NCBI GenBank assembly: GCA_017407285.1 | Contig: JAFQWW010000015.1 | Location: 1,881 to 65,880 of the forward strand | Length of the DNA: 64,000 bases | Reading direction: 5' to 3' | DNA from: Clostridia bacterium | GTDB lineage: Bacteria; Bacillota; Clostridia; Christensenellales; RUG350 | Shown: positions 46,901 to 56,206 of the stretch, in pieces | Layout of the letters: every line of letters starts with the position of its first letter | Numbering within the stretch: position 1 is the stretch's first letter | The notes under the pieces: model-generated | Databases searched by the model: none | What the model saw: only the letters and a program-made list of their open reading frames with translations | Told to the model about the DNA's origin: nothing | Made by a program: the position numbers and the translations under genes

Positions 46901-47522
46901 AATGCACGTCGTTGGTTGCAACTATTTTAACGCCTATCTCTTCTGCGATTCTGATAAGTTCAAGATTTACCGCTCTTTGCTCGGGTAACCCTTGGTCTTG
47001 AAGTTCGATATAGAAATCACCTTCTGCAAACATACTTTTAAGAAGTTTGGCTTCCTCTAGCGCTCCGTCGTAATCACGCGCCAATATCTTTTGAGGAATA
47101 GAACCACCCAAACAAGCGGACAAACAAATTACGCCCTCGGTGTGCTCTCTTAAAAGTTTGTAGTCAATACGAGGTTTATAATAAAATCCCTCGGTAAACG
47201 CAAGTGAATCCAATTTTACGAGGTTTTTATAGCCAATATCGTTTTTTGCAAGCAAAACGAGGTGATGATACTCACCGTTTTTAACACCCTTCTTCTCGTG
47301 CATATCGTCCGTGGTGTAAAATTCACAACCTATAACGGGCTTTATACCGTACTTTTTAGCCTCCATTATAAATTGGATAACGCCGTACATAACGCCGTGA
47401 TCGGTTATAGCGACTGCGGACATATTTTTTTCTTGGCACGCCTTAAAAAGTTTGTTAATACGCGCAGCACCGTCCAACAAACTATATTCCGTATGTACGT
47501 GTAAATGAGCAAAATCTCCCAT
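43995..47522 (-). CDS. dnaE: DNA polymerase III alpha subunit
   Basis: 1175 aa. N-terminal PHP domain FAHLHVHTEYSLLDGA, a polymerase core and an OB-fold region. Confidence 0.95.
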   Translation of the reverse strand: MGDFAHLHVHTEYSLLDGAARINKLFKACQEKNMSAVAITDHGVMYGVIQFIMEAKKYGIKPVIGCEFYTTDDMHEKKGVKNGEYHHLVLLAKNDIGYKNLVKLDSLAFTEGFYYKPRIDYKLLREHTEGVICLSACLGGSIPQKILARDYDGALEEAKLLKSMFAEGDFYIELQDQGLPEQRAVNLELIRIAEEIGVKIVATNDVHYIEKEDSEMHEVLLCMQTQSTMDNPSHFKFDSDQYYLKDYDEMYELFSSYPEALSNTMEIVDKCNVNIKFGEYLIPRYIPENGQTPYEFLRGLTDRGLKQKYKEVTPEILERAEYELGVISKLGYVEYYLIVWDFINYAREHGIPVGPGRGSGVGSIVAYASGITDVDPLKYSLFFERFLNVERVSMPDFDVDFCCDRRGEVIEYVTRKYGSAQVSQIITFGCLKAKAAIKDVGRVYNVPFADMNKITKLMPSAPKLKIADVLGRSGEKQDPKLIVRELIDLYENDETVRRVLDMAIKVEGMPKNCSKHAAGVVICKDPISEHVPLSLSSGDVTTQFNMTEIEKLGLLKMDFLGLITLTDIKKACDYVYEDFGVKIDFRELGYEDPNVYELIASGDNVAVFQLESGGMSKFMGQLRPTKLEEIIAGISLFRPGPMDSIPKYLENKNNPDKITYDHELLIPILDVTYGCIVYQEQVMKIVQSLAGYSLGMADNVRRMMSKKKHEEMAKEKDRFLNGVFDENGNCKAIGAIKNGVPKEVAEKIYADMAAFASYAFNKSHAAAYAVLAYQTAYLKRYYPVEFLTAIINNRITHSDELSHYATYMREINIDILPPDVNKSFAEFRVENGKVRFGLSGIKGVGIAAMENMIEERKRGGEFKSLEDFTMRVDKAVLNKRLLENLIKGGAMDCFGKPRSVLLNVYEKAVDLSVKAKHDEELGQFSFFGEIEDSSISIEYPNIEEYPEKEKLQMEKEVLGLYVSGHPLNEYKEEFKLFDFNTSMIQKRDDELEDDESVVEDNVISDKKSVKIGGILNNVARKVTKSGNEMCVARLEDFYGNIELVLFGKTYEKYKNVVKNDAIVKIEGELSYRDGEAPSIMVRSVSEWTAPKARKDEKTEGDKKDKRLCIRIENDFDIVFREVSQILADNPGKIPVYVQSDGKLMKVNRCVEDSKSLYWALEDLIGDSNFKFIEKN

Positions 47523-48460
47523 TATTCTTCCCCTTTCGCTATGCTTTCTATCTTTCTCAATCTATGATTCAAACAACTCTTACTAATACCCAATTCTTCC
47601 GCCAAAGCCTCCAAAGATAGGGTATCTTTTGCTACTCTCGCCTCGGCAACGACCTTGAGTTTTTCGTCCAAATAATCGTATCTACCGCTATCTTTTAAGG
47701 ATATTATAGCTTGAATTTGTCGTTGTGCAGTGTCCACGCTCTTTATCGTATTTGCAAACTCGCAATTAGATATTCTATTTGCTTTTTCGCGAACGGCACG
47801 ATAGACTTTCACGCTTTGCATCTCCAAAACGGCGTCAACCGCACCCATATACGCCAATAAATCACTTATCGTGTCCGACTCTTTTATATACAAAACGGCG
47901 CTGTCTCGTCTCTCCGTCGTCTTAACTGAAAATCCGCATTGAGCCAAGAATTTTGCAAAAGACGAAGCGTATCCACCCGACGTGAAAAGAAATTCAAGTT
48001 GATAAATTCCTCCCCCTTCGCCCTCGCTACCTTTGGGCAAAAAGACCTCGCCTGCCGTCAAAAAAACTCCTGCAACGTAACCACGAGCCTTTTCCACCGT
48101 GTCTAATAACTCCACGGGTACGCGCTCTCCGTCGTACTCCGATACACCACCGGGAAAACGCATAATTCCTGCGTCTTTCAAGACCTTTTTGGCATTCTCT
48201 CCGTGCAACACGACGTTATAGATTTTCTGCTTATTAAGCCCAGTTTTCTGCTCGGGCACGAGTTCTGCGCCGAAGTGAGACAATGCGGAAAAAGCGTACG
48301 TTGCGACTTCTATCATATCGGTAGACAAAACGCAACCAAAACGTCCTTTGTCGAGGGTAAGAGAAACGTTGCCTCGAATCATACCCCACAAAAAAGCGGA
48401 CTGATCCAAGACCTCGCAATTTTCTATTATTTCAGCTTTCGTTTTATCCGAAAAGGTCAT
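47522..48460 (-). CDS. whiA: DNA-binding protein WhiA
   Basis: 312 aa. A degenerate LAGLIDADG-like N-domain and a C-terminal HTH (LSLEALAEELGISKSCLNHRLRKI). Confidence 0.9.
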   Translation of the reverse strand: MTFSDKTKAEIIENCEVLDQSAFLWGMIRGNVSLTLDKGRFGCVLSTDMIEVATYAFSALSHFGAELVPEQKTGLNKQKIYNVVLHGENAKKVLKDAGIMRFPGGVSEYDGERVPVELLDTVEKARGYVAGVFLTAGEVFLPKGSEGEGGGIYQLEFLFTSGGYASSFAKFLAQCGFSVKTTERRDSAVLYIKESDTISDLLAYMGAVDAVLEMQSVKVYRAVREKANRISNCEFANTIKSVDTAQRQIQAIISLKDSGRYDYLDEKLKVVAEARVAKDTLSLEALAEELGISKSCLNHRLRKIESIAKGEE

Positions 48461-49218
48461 TTTTCTCTCCTCGATCTAAAATCGGGCGTAGAATACAAAT
48501 TTGCTATTCTATCCTCTATATTATATCCTTCTAAATACTTTTCCACGTATGACGTATCTCCCACTTTATTCGGGAAATGAGCGTCCGAGTCGGCAACGAA
48601 CTGCACCTTGGTGGACAAAACGGTTTCAAACTCGTCGCGAGTCATATTTATTCTCTTGCCGTTGAGTTCAAGATATGTTCCAAACTCGGCGCACGCCTCT
48701 GCTACGGGTTTTACCTCCACGCCTAAACCGTAGTTTATGTGGGATAAGATATCTATCGGGTGTTTTTCTATAGCCTTGACGTAAGCGTCCGTACTTCTTG
48801 CCCGCATTTTAGCGGTAGGAGCACCAAAAACTTTCTCGTAAACGCTACTATAATGATAGGTAAAAAAGTCCGAAAATCTATTAGGCCAAACGGCTTTGTG
48901 ATAACCTGCGACTATAACGTCGAAAAGTTCGCGTTCCTCTTCCTTGACGTCAATCGTCCCCCCTAAACCGTCTATATCAGCTTCTACGCCCAAAAGTATA
49001 TTGATACTAGGAAATTCTGATTTGAGATCGGCAATTTTCTTTCTCATTTCTACTATTTTTCTCTTTCTCAAGCCAAAAACGACGTGATGAAGACCGTGGT
49101 CGGTTATGGCAATATCTTTAAGCCCGACCTCAACCGCTCTCAAAACGTTATCACGAATATCCCCCTTACCGTGACTGTATATCGTATGCGTGTGATAATC
49201 TCCGTATATCTTCATCAT
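48457..49218 (-). CDS. PHP-domain metal-dependent phosphoesterase
   Basis: YGDYHTHTIYSHG, ITDHG and DSDAH motifs. 253 aa. The start overlaps the murB 3' end by ~50 nt. Confidence 0.75.
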   Translation of the reverse strand: MMKIYGDYHTHTIYSHGKGDIRDNVLRAVEVGLKDIAITDHGLHHVVFGLRKRKIVEMRKKIADLKSEFPSINILLGVEADIDGLGGTIDVKEEERELFDVIVAGYHKAVWPNRFSDFFTYHYSSVYEKVFGAPTAKMRARSTDAYVKAIEKHPIDILSHINYGLGVEVKPVAEACAEFGTYLELNGKRINMTRDEFETVLSTKVQFVADSDAHFPNKVGDTSYVEKYLEGYNIEDRIANLYSTPDFRSRREK

Positions 49219-50083
49219 ATTCTCCGAGAAAACAAATTTCGCTTTCTAATAAAACACCAAATTTTTCTAAAACTTTTTCTTGTACTACAAGCATCAATTT
49301 TGCGACGTCACGAGCCGTCGCACCACCGCGATTGACTATAAATCCCGCGTGTTTTTCCGACACTTCCGCCCCGCCTATACGCATTCCTTTTAGTCCAGCT
49401 TTGTCTATATAATATCCTGCGCTCACCCCTCCAACACCCTTAAAAGCGCAACCTGCGGATTTAAGATTTGGTTGAGTTTCTTGCCTAATTTTTCTGAATT
49501 TTTCAATTTTTGACTCAATATCACGGATATTTGCAGGCAAAAAACGGAATTTTGCGGACAAAACCGTTCCAAGTGACGGGATAAGGGAATTGCGATATGA
49601 TAGCCCTAATTCACCTACTCCAAACTCCTCAACTCTCTCACCATTAAAGACCTTTGCGCTTATCAAACAATCCTTTACGCACGAGTCGAACGCGCCTGCG
49701 TTCATTCTAATTGCGCCACCTACGGACGAGGGAATTCCTATCATAAACTCCGCACCCGAAAGGGAGTGAAAAAGCGCCGTTCTCGATAGGTGTGGCAAAC
49801 TTATTCCGCACGATGCCGTTACACCCTCGGGCTCCTTTATCAAGTCTTTCATACACCGCGTAGTTATCACGACTCCATCATACCCGCCATCGGAAATTAA
49901 AAGATTACTCCCCAAGCCAATTACGCTAAATCTTTCCCCTACGTCCTTTAGATAGGTATAAAGACTTATAAATTCCTCTTCACTTTTAGGAAAGGCTACG
50001 GCTTTTGCAAGCCCCCCTATACCAAAAGTGGTAAAATCGGACAACCTAACGTCGTACTTTATAGTTTTACAATATTTTTCCAT
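49166..50083 (-). CDS. murB: UDP-N-acetylenolpyruvoylglucosamine reductase
   Basis: FAD-binding PCMH domain (FTTFGIGGLAK...GLGSNLLISD) and a C-terminal MurB domain. 305 aa. Confidence 0.9.
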   Translation of the reverse strand: MEKYCKTIKYDVRLSDFTTFGIGGLAKAVAFPKSEEEFISLYTYLKDVGERFSVIGLGSNLLISDGGYDGVVITTRCMKDLIKEPEGVTASCGISLPHLSRTALFHSLSGAEFMIGIPSSVGGAIRMNAGAFDSCVKDCLISAKVFNGERVEEFGVGELGLSYRNSLIPSLGTVLSAKFRFLPANIRDIESKIEKFRKIRQETQPNLKSAGCAFKGVGGVSAGYYIDKAGLKGMRIGGAEVSEKHAGFIVNRGGATARDVAKLMLVVQEKVLEKFGVLLESEICFLGEYDEDIRRLSHAYDIQSR

Positions 50084-50134
50084 CTATTACGGCAGACCTC
50101 CACCGTAATATATATTCCAAAAAAATATTTTATG

Positions 50135-51052
50135 CTAAATCAAGGAATCAACTACGTTCAAACCTTCTTGTTGCAAACGGAAATTTCTTGCCGCAACTTC
50201 AACGATAACCGCGGTATTTCTACCCGGTTTTACGGGAATGATGATTTTAGGAACTTGAACGCCCAAAATCTCACCGAATTGCTCTTTAGCGTGCAATCTT
50301 TCGTAAGATTTGTTAGCCTCCCACGCCTCAAGTTCGATAATTAGTTCGACTTCCATTTCGCGCGCTACGCTACCAATACCGTACATACTTCTAATATCCA
50401 CGATACCGATACCTCTAAGTTCCATCAAAAATCTTATAACGGCAGGAGCAGAGCCCACTAAGGTTTCACGAACGTTTTTAACGCAAACCGCGTCGTCTGC
50501 AACTAGTCTATGCCCACGTTTTACGAGTTCCAACGCCGTTTCCGATTTTCCTATACCGCTTTTTCCTGTAATCATCACGCCCACACCGTGCACGTCCATC
50601 AATACGCCGGATACGACTATGTTTTCCGCCAATAAATCGTTAAGATACATAATAACGTCGTTTACGATGTTAGAAGTTACGTAATCGGACAAGAAAATAG
50701 GTATTTTATATTTTTTAGCCTTGTCGTCCATTTCAGGCAAGGGTTCGATACCTCTAGAAATTATCAAACAAGGAATACGCCTAGAGAAGATGTTCTCAAA
50801 GACTTCCGCTCTTTTGTCGGTATCCAAACTTTTTAGATATTCCATTTCCGCAGAACCCAATACTTGTACGCGATTCTCGGCAAAATAGGTATCGTAGCCC
50901 ACCAAAATAAGTCCGGGACGGCTAACCGAGAAGGTATTAAAGACGAGTTTCTCCTTTTCTCCGTTGTAATGTACGGACAAATTCAAGGCTCTTACGAACT
51001 CTTTAAGTTCAACCTCCATAGGTTCTACTACTTCACTTTTACTATTAACCAT
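50135..51052 (-). CDS. hprK: HPr kinase/phosphorylase
   Basis: Walker A motif ITGKSGIGKSETALELVKRGHRLVADD. 305 aa. Confidence 0.95.
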   Translation of the reverse strand: MVNSKSEVVEPMEVELKEFVRALNLSVHYNGEKEKLVFNTFSVSRPGLILVGYDTYFAENRVQVLGSAEMEYLKSLDTDKRAEVFENIFSRRIPCLIISRGIEPLPEMDDKAKKYKIPIFLSDYVTSNIVNDVIMYLNDLLAENIVVSGVLMDVHGVGVMITGKSGIGKSETALELVKRGHRLVADDAVCVKNVRETLVGSAPAVIRFLMELRGIGIVDIRSMYGIGSVAREMEVELIIELEAWEANKSYERLHAKEQFGEILGVQVPKIIIPVKPGRNTAVIVEVAARNFRLQQEGLNVVDSLI

Positions 51053-51873
51053 TATAATTCCCCTTTTATTATTTTCTCAATGGCGCGACCTACGCCGTCG
51101 TCGTCACAACTATCCGTCACGTAATCCGCCGCCTCCTTAACGCTATCACGCGCGTTTTTCACGGCAACTCCTAAACCTGCGACCTTTAGCATGGATATAT
51201 CGTTTGGCGAATCTCCAAAACAAACCGTTTCCGCTATACTCACGTTGAGTTTTTCACACATAGCCTTTACGCCCTCGCCCTTACTAGCGCCGTAGTTTAC
51301 GAAATCCAATAGATAGGCAGCGGAGGGAGATACGGTATATTTTTTCTCCACTCTAGATATCGCGCTATACTTTTCGCTCATTTCGTTTATTCTATCAGGC
51401 GTGTCAAATGCCAAAACCTTAGTAACGGGACGATTCTTCTCTAGCAAAAATTTGGATAAATCGTATCCTACTACGTTATACTCAATCTTACAAGATTTTT
51501 TGTACAAGTCGCTATATTCGTTTTTCTCTTTTACGTACACTTCGTCGTCGATATAGAGATGAATCAAGGTGTTTTCCTTCTCCAAATTCAACAATATATC
51601 CAACGCCACCTCCACGCTCATCGTGTTGTGATACTTTATCTCGCCCGTGTCTATATTTCCGACCATAGCACCGTTATAGCACACGACGTCCCCGTGAAAA
51701 CCTATCTCTTGAGCCTCACGACGAACGGACTGAAACATTCTACCCGAACACAACATAAAAATTCCGCCCAAAGACTGGAAATCGTGAACGGCTTTTATAG
51801 TTCTTTCTCCTACCTTGCCCGTCGTGGATATAAAAGTGTCGTCAAAGTCAGATGCAATAAATTTATATTTCAT
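51052..51873 (-). CDS. Cof-type HAD-IIB phosphatase
   Basis: FIASDFDDTF (motif I) and FGDSPNDISML (motif IV). The start at MKYKF (51873) has a GAGG RBS; the alternative is 51885. Confidence 0.8.
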   Translation of the reverse strand: MKYKFIASDFDDTFISTTGKVGERTIKAVHDFQSLGGIFMLCSGRMFQSVRREAQEIGFHGDVVCYNGAMVGNIDTGEIKYHNTMSVEVALDILLNLEKENTLIHLYIDDEVYVKEKNEYSDLYKKSCKIEYNVVGYDLSKFLLEKNRPVTKVLAFDTPDRINEMSEKYSAISRVEKKYTVSPSAAYLLDFVNYGASKGEGVKAMCEKLNVSIAETVCFGDSPNDISMLKVAGLGVAVKNARDSVKEAADYVTDSCDDDGVGRAIEKIIKGEL

Positions 51874-51927
51874 ATCCTTCCTCATAAGATTATTTTAGCA
51901 TATTAAAAGTCTTTTTTCAAACCCTTA

Positions 51928-53730
51928 TCAGTCCTTTGCGTGGAAATATTCAAAGACGTTTTCCGCATCTTTTTTACTAATTCCCTTAACGCTCGATATC
52001 TCCTCAACTTTAGCCTTGCTTAATGCGTCCACGCTCTTGAACGCTTTGTAGAGTATATCTATCTTGACCTTGCCTATTCCGGGTATCTCGGACAATACGC
52101 TTCTCGTCATATTGTCTGCTCGAAGTTTTCTATGATAAGTTATAGCAAAGCGGTGCGCCTCGTCACGTATGCGTTGTAGCATCATAAGTCCCGCGCTCTT
52201 TTTACTCATTACGATAGGTTCACTCTCGTTGGGCTTAAATAGCAGTTCTTCTCTCTTTGCAAGCCCCACCATAGCAGTATCAAAACCTTTTTCACAAATT
52301 ATTGAGTAGGCGGATGAGAGTTGACCTTTACCACCGTCCACCACGATAAGATCGGGTTTTTGAGAAAAGCTAGGATCTTGTTCTTTATACTTTTCCACTC
52401 GCCTAGATAGCGTTTCCGCCATACACGCAAAGTCGTCCGATCCTTCCACAGTCTTTATTCTAAATCTTCTATACTCGGCGGGTGCTTTCTTACCGTTTAT
52501 AAAGACTACCATGGACGAAACCTTGAGCGTTCCACTAATATTTGATATATCGTAACACTCCACACGACTAGGTGGCGCAATTCCAAGCGCAACCCCAACC
52601 TCTTTCATCGCCTCTTCGTATTTTAGAGCCTCCGCGCGCTCCCCTAATAGTCGATTTAGGTAATTCTCCGCGTTTTCTCCCGCCATATCCAAGAGTTTTT
52701 TCAATACCCCTTTTTGGGGAATTTCCACCCTACATTTAGAGCCTATCTCCCCTAAATACTCTTGAATAAGTCCTCTTTCGTCCTCTTTTACGATAATTTT
52801 CTTAGGCACGAACTCCGCGGACTCGTAATATTCTGCAATAAAACTTGGTAAAGACTCTCCGCTCTCAAAGTCTGCAATCTCGTAATTATCTCCACCGACC
52901 ATTTTACCAGATCGAATACTAAGCACGCCGACGACACACTTATCCCCTCTTGCTCTTAACTCAAAGATCTCTGCGGATAGATCACGAGGAAGGGCGGTTA
53001 TAGAATCACGAACGAGCTTGTCCAAAGCCTCTAAATGCTTTCTATAACTAATCGCGCTCTCAAAGTCCAAAGCTTCCGCGCTATCCGTCATCTTTTTTTC
53101 TAAAACCTTACGAACGTCCGAGTCGTTGCCCTTCAAAAACTCCACGACTTTGTCTAAGATTGCGTGATACTCCTCTCTTGAAACCTCCCCCGAACAAGGG
53201 GCAAGACATCTACCTATGTGATAATTTAAGCAAGGTCTTTGTACTCTACTTTGCGGTAAAGTTTTTTTACACCCCCTCACGGGATAAGCGGCGTTTACTA
53301 TATCTATAACCTCTCTAACGCTAATGCCTTGCATAAAAGGACCGAAATATTTCGCTCCGTCCGATTTGAGTTTTCGAGTCAACTCTAAACGTGGGAAATC
53401 CTCTTTCATATCTATACGGATATAAGCGTAATTTTTGTCGTCTTTTAAGAGGATATTATAATAAGGTTTATGTTTTTTAATAAGATTGTTCTCAAGGATC
53501 AAAGCATCAACTTCGTTTTGGGTAATGATATACCTAAAATCCTCTATCTTTGCGACCATAGCCTGCACCTTTATAGGCTTGTCGCTATTTTGGAAATACT
53601 GACGCACCCTATTTTTCAAAACGCGCGCCTTACCAACGTATATAATCTCACCCGAATTGTCGAGCATTATATATACGCCACTAGAGTTAGGTAAAGTTTT
53701 CAGTTTTTCCGCAATTTTTTTATTCATCAT
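51928..53730 (-). CDS. uvrC: Excinuclease ABC subunit C
   Basis: GIY-YIG N-terminus (GVYIMLDNSGEIIYVGKA) and a C-terminal (HhH)2 region. 600 aa. Confidence 0.95.
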   Translation of the reverse strand: MMNKKIAEKLKTLPNSSGVYIMLDNSGEIIYVGKARVLKNRVRQYFQNSDKPIKVQAMVAKIEDFRYIITQNEVDALILENNLIKKHKPYYNILLKDDKNYAYIRIDMKEDFPRLELTRKLKSDGAKYFGPFMQGISVREVIDIVNAAYPVRGCKKTLPQSRVQRPCLNYHIGRCLAPCSGEVSREEYHAILDKVVEFLKGNDSDVRKVLEKKMTDSAEALDFESAISYRKHLEALDKLVRDSITALPRDLSAEIFELRARGDKCVVGVLSIRSGKMVGGDNYEIADFESGESLPSFIAEYYESAEFVPKKIIVKEDERGLIQEYLGEIGSKCRVEIPQKGVLKKLLDMAGENAENYLNRLLGERAEALKYEEAMKEVGVALGIAPPSRVECYDISNISGTLKVSSMVVFINGKKAPAEYRRFRIKTVEGSDDFACMAETLSRRVEKYKEQDPSFSQKPDLIVVDGGKGQLSSAYSIICEKGFDTAMVGLAKREELLFKPNESEPIVMSKKSAGLMMLQRIRDEAHRFAITYHRKLRADNMTRSVLSEIPGIGKVKIDILYKAFKSVDALSKAKVEEISSVKGISKKDAENVFEYFHAKD

Positions 53731-53831
53731 ATTATTATAACAAATATTAAGTGCCTACACAAGACTTTAATAAAAAATTTAATAACATTTTGGATTGTCA
53801 AAAGAATTTTCAACAATTTTCTCCACGCACC

Positions 53832-53860
53832 TTGACATCTAAATATTCATATAGTAAAAT
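53832..53860 (+). promoter_or_regulatory. Sigma-70-type promoter of the lipoprotein gene
   Basis: TTGACA (53832-53837), a 17-bp spacer, then TAAAAT (53855-53860). A GGAGG RBS at 53886-53890 sits 7 nt before the ATG. Confidence 0.6.
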
Positions 53861-53897
53861 TAAATAACAAGAAAAAAATTTTTTTGGAGGTTTTTCT

Positions 53898-54836
53898 ATG
53901 AAACATCTAACTCGCATCGTACTTTGTTTAGTACTTGCAATTTCTATGCTCGCTATGTGCGCATGTGGCGGAGACAACACCTTTGAAGGCAATTTCTCTA
54001 AGGAAGCAACTGAGGCTGACCTCACCGCTTTTGTAGAAGGCGTTGACACTAATAAGCTCGTAGCAGATCAAAATAACTTAGGCGCAGAATTGTCCGTAAA
54101 CCTTGACGTTATCAATAACACTTCGTTCGGCGTATACTCTGTTAACACCTCCGGTAATATCAATGCTAGCGCTAAACTTGCTTTCTCTGCACCCGCAGAA
54201 GGCGCAGAAATGCCCAACATTAAAGCTGAAATTACCTTCGGAATGGACGCAGAGTCCAAAGCTCAAGCACAAGGTCAATCTCAAACTGCAAAAGAAGACC
54301 TTTCTGCTAACGTATTCTTTGATAACACCGGATTGTACTTGAAAGCAACCATGAATTCCAACAAAACCGGCAAAGACGTTAAGAACGAAATTAAAGGTAA
54401 ACTTGATATGGAAACCATCATGGGTATGGTAAGTGGCATGATGCCTATGGCAGCTGGAGAAGGATCTGAAATGGGTGGTACCATAAATCTTGGCACACTC
54501 CTTGCTGGGCTCAAAGAACTAGGCGCTAAAATCTATATTGACTCCTCTGACGGATACAAAGTTAAGGTTTCTATGAGCGCTGATGCTGTTAAAGAAATTG
54601 TCGACAACCCCGCTCTTAACGTTAACTTGTTTGACTTCTTCCTCACCATCAATAAAGAAGGTCGCTTGGTAGGTCTCAAATTGAGTTTGGATATCGGTAC
54701 CACCTCGTCCAATCAAACTGTTGGAGTGAAAGGTGATCTCGTTTTGAAGATTAACAACGTTTCCATCAACACTCCTTCCGATCTCGCATCTTACGAAGAT
54801 TTGGATATGAGCGAACTTGGCGGACTCCTTGGCTAA
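53898..54836 (+). CDS. Lipoprotein of unknown function
   Basis: Signal peptide plus a Cys-containing lipobox region (LAISMLAMCACGG). 312 aa. Ala/Asn/Gly/Lys-rich mature protein with no recognisable enzymatic motif. Confidence 0.6.
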   Translation: MKHLTRIVLCLVLAISMLAMCACGGDNTFEGNFSKEATEADLTAFVEGVDTNKLVADQNNLGAELSVNLDVINNTSFGVYSVNTSGNINASAKLAFSAPAEGAEMPNIKAEITFGMDAESKAQAQGQSQTAKEDLSANVFFDNTGLYLKATMNSNKTGKDVKNEIKGKLDMETIMGMVSGMMPMAAGEGSEMGGTINLGTLLAGLKELGAKIYIDSSDGYKVKVSMSADAVKEIVDNPALNVNLFDFFLTINKEGRLVGLKLSLDIGTTSSNQTVGVKGDLVLKINNVSINTPSDLASYEDLDMSELGGLLG

Positions 54837-54857
54837 TTAAAATCAATTCTTAACAAC

Positions 54858-54891
54858 AAAAAAATGCTCGGCACACGCCGAGCATTTTTTA
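54858..54891. terminator. Bidirectional rho-independent terminator
   Basis: ATGCTCGGC-ACAC-GCCGAGCAT (54864-54885) flanked by an A-run and a T-run, between convergent genes. Confidence 0.85.
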
Positions 54892-54905
54892 TTGTCGTTA
54901 ATTTT

Positions 54906-56201
54906 TTACATAGTGAAATAGGTTTTTACCGTTACGCTATTTTGCATTCCATTCTCATCTACTATATCGTACGCGCCTTCTATCTCGAATAAAAGCGCCT
55001 CGTCATATTCATACGGCATGGTAAATTCTATACTCAAATACTCGTCCATATTAACGATATTGATATCAGTTACCATTACCTCAGTACCGTCCGTTTTATA
55101 AACGCAGAACGGATACGGGGATAGTAGATTGAATTCTCCGTTTTCCAATTCTAATTGAATCTTAACGCTCTTATCCTCTACCGTTATAGCAAAATCAATC
55201 TTAGGTACGCCAAGTAGTGCAGACGAGGTAAATTCTACACCCTCTACGTTACTATATTCCGAGAATTCGATATAACCTATACTATCGTCAACGGTCAAAT
55301 ACGTATACGGGAAAGATATGTGTAACGCTATCATAGTATCGCTTACGTAATCAAGTTCTTCTACGACTGCATAATCTTCAAACGCGCCACTCAAAGTAAT
55401 ATCAGCCACGCTAATATCGGAATTAAAATGCAAATTGCTTGCCTCTACGTACACGGTATCAGTCAACGCAAAGGTATCTACCGTCGCGTTCAATACCGTT
55501 GCGCCACGATAAGCGGTAGTAATTGCAGTGCTAAGGTTTTTGTTATAGGTAGTAGCGCTACTTAAGATCTCAACGTAAGCGTCGCTTGCCACGCTTAACT
55601 CACCAGACAAAGTCAACACTGCGTTTTGAGAGAGTTCCACGCCTCCCTCGTCTTCGTAGTAATCAGTGGTTACGGAGGTAATAGTTAAATCCTCTGCTAC
55701 ACCGGACAATACGAAATCATTAACGCTCAACTCTTTATTGAAGCACGCGGAGTTCAAGGACAATTCCACGGTGTGAGTGGTGTCGTTTGTGTATAAAATG
55801 GAGGAGGTGTTTGCATACGCTTCCGCTATAAAAACTTTAACGTCTACGCTTTGTCCTTTAACGATACCCTCGCCCTTAACTTCACCAAAATCCCCACTGT
55901 TTAGCGCGCCTGATAGGCTAAACACAACGGAATAATCGTCCGATAAATACACGCCTTCTATAGTCATTCCTTCAAACGCACCGCCAAGGGTGTATTTGCT
56001 CAAGTCGTCAAAATTCTCTTCCAACTCGTATCCGTCCATCACGGCTATAGAAAAACTACCGTAGTTTCCGTAACCTGCGTTATAATAATCGCGACAATAC
56101 GCACATGCGGGATCTTCGACCTCTTCATTGGGATTACAAGCCGTCAACAAACTCAACGCCAATATAACTACCATTAAAAATATAAAATATCTTTTTTTCA
56201 T
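54906..56201 (-). CDS. Lipoprotein of unknown function with an internal repeated LSG-motif module
   Basis: The start MKKRYFIFLMVVILALSLLTAC gives a signal peptide and lipobox. The motif [VIL]x[LF][ST]LSG[AEV] recurs four times (FSLSGAL, FVLSGVA, LTLSGEL, ITLSGAF). Confidence 0.55.
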   Translation of the reverse strand: MKKRYFIFLMVVILALSLLTACNPNEEVEDPACAYCRDYYNAGYGNYGSFSIAVMDGYELEENFDDLSKYTLGGAFEGMTIEGVYLSDDYSVVFSLSGALNSGDFGEVKGEGIVKGQSVDVKVFIAEAYANTSSILYTNDTTHTVELSLNSACFNKELSVNDFVLSGVAEDLTITSVTTDYYEDEGGVELSQNAVLTLSGELSVASDAYVEILSSATTYNKNLSTAITTAYRGATVLNATVDTFALTDTVYVEASNLHFNSDISVADITLSGAFEDYAVVEELDYVSDTMIALHISFPYTYLTVDDSIGYIEFSEYSNVEGVEFTSSALLGVPKIDFAITVEDKSVKIQLELENGEFNLLSPYPFCVYKTDGTEVMVTDINIVNMDEYLSIEFTMPYEYDEALLFEIEGAYDIVDENGMQNSVTVKTYFTM

Positions 56202-56206
56202 ATTGA

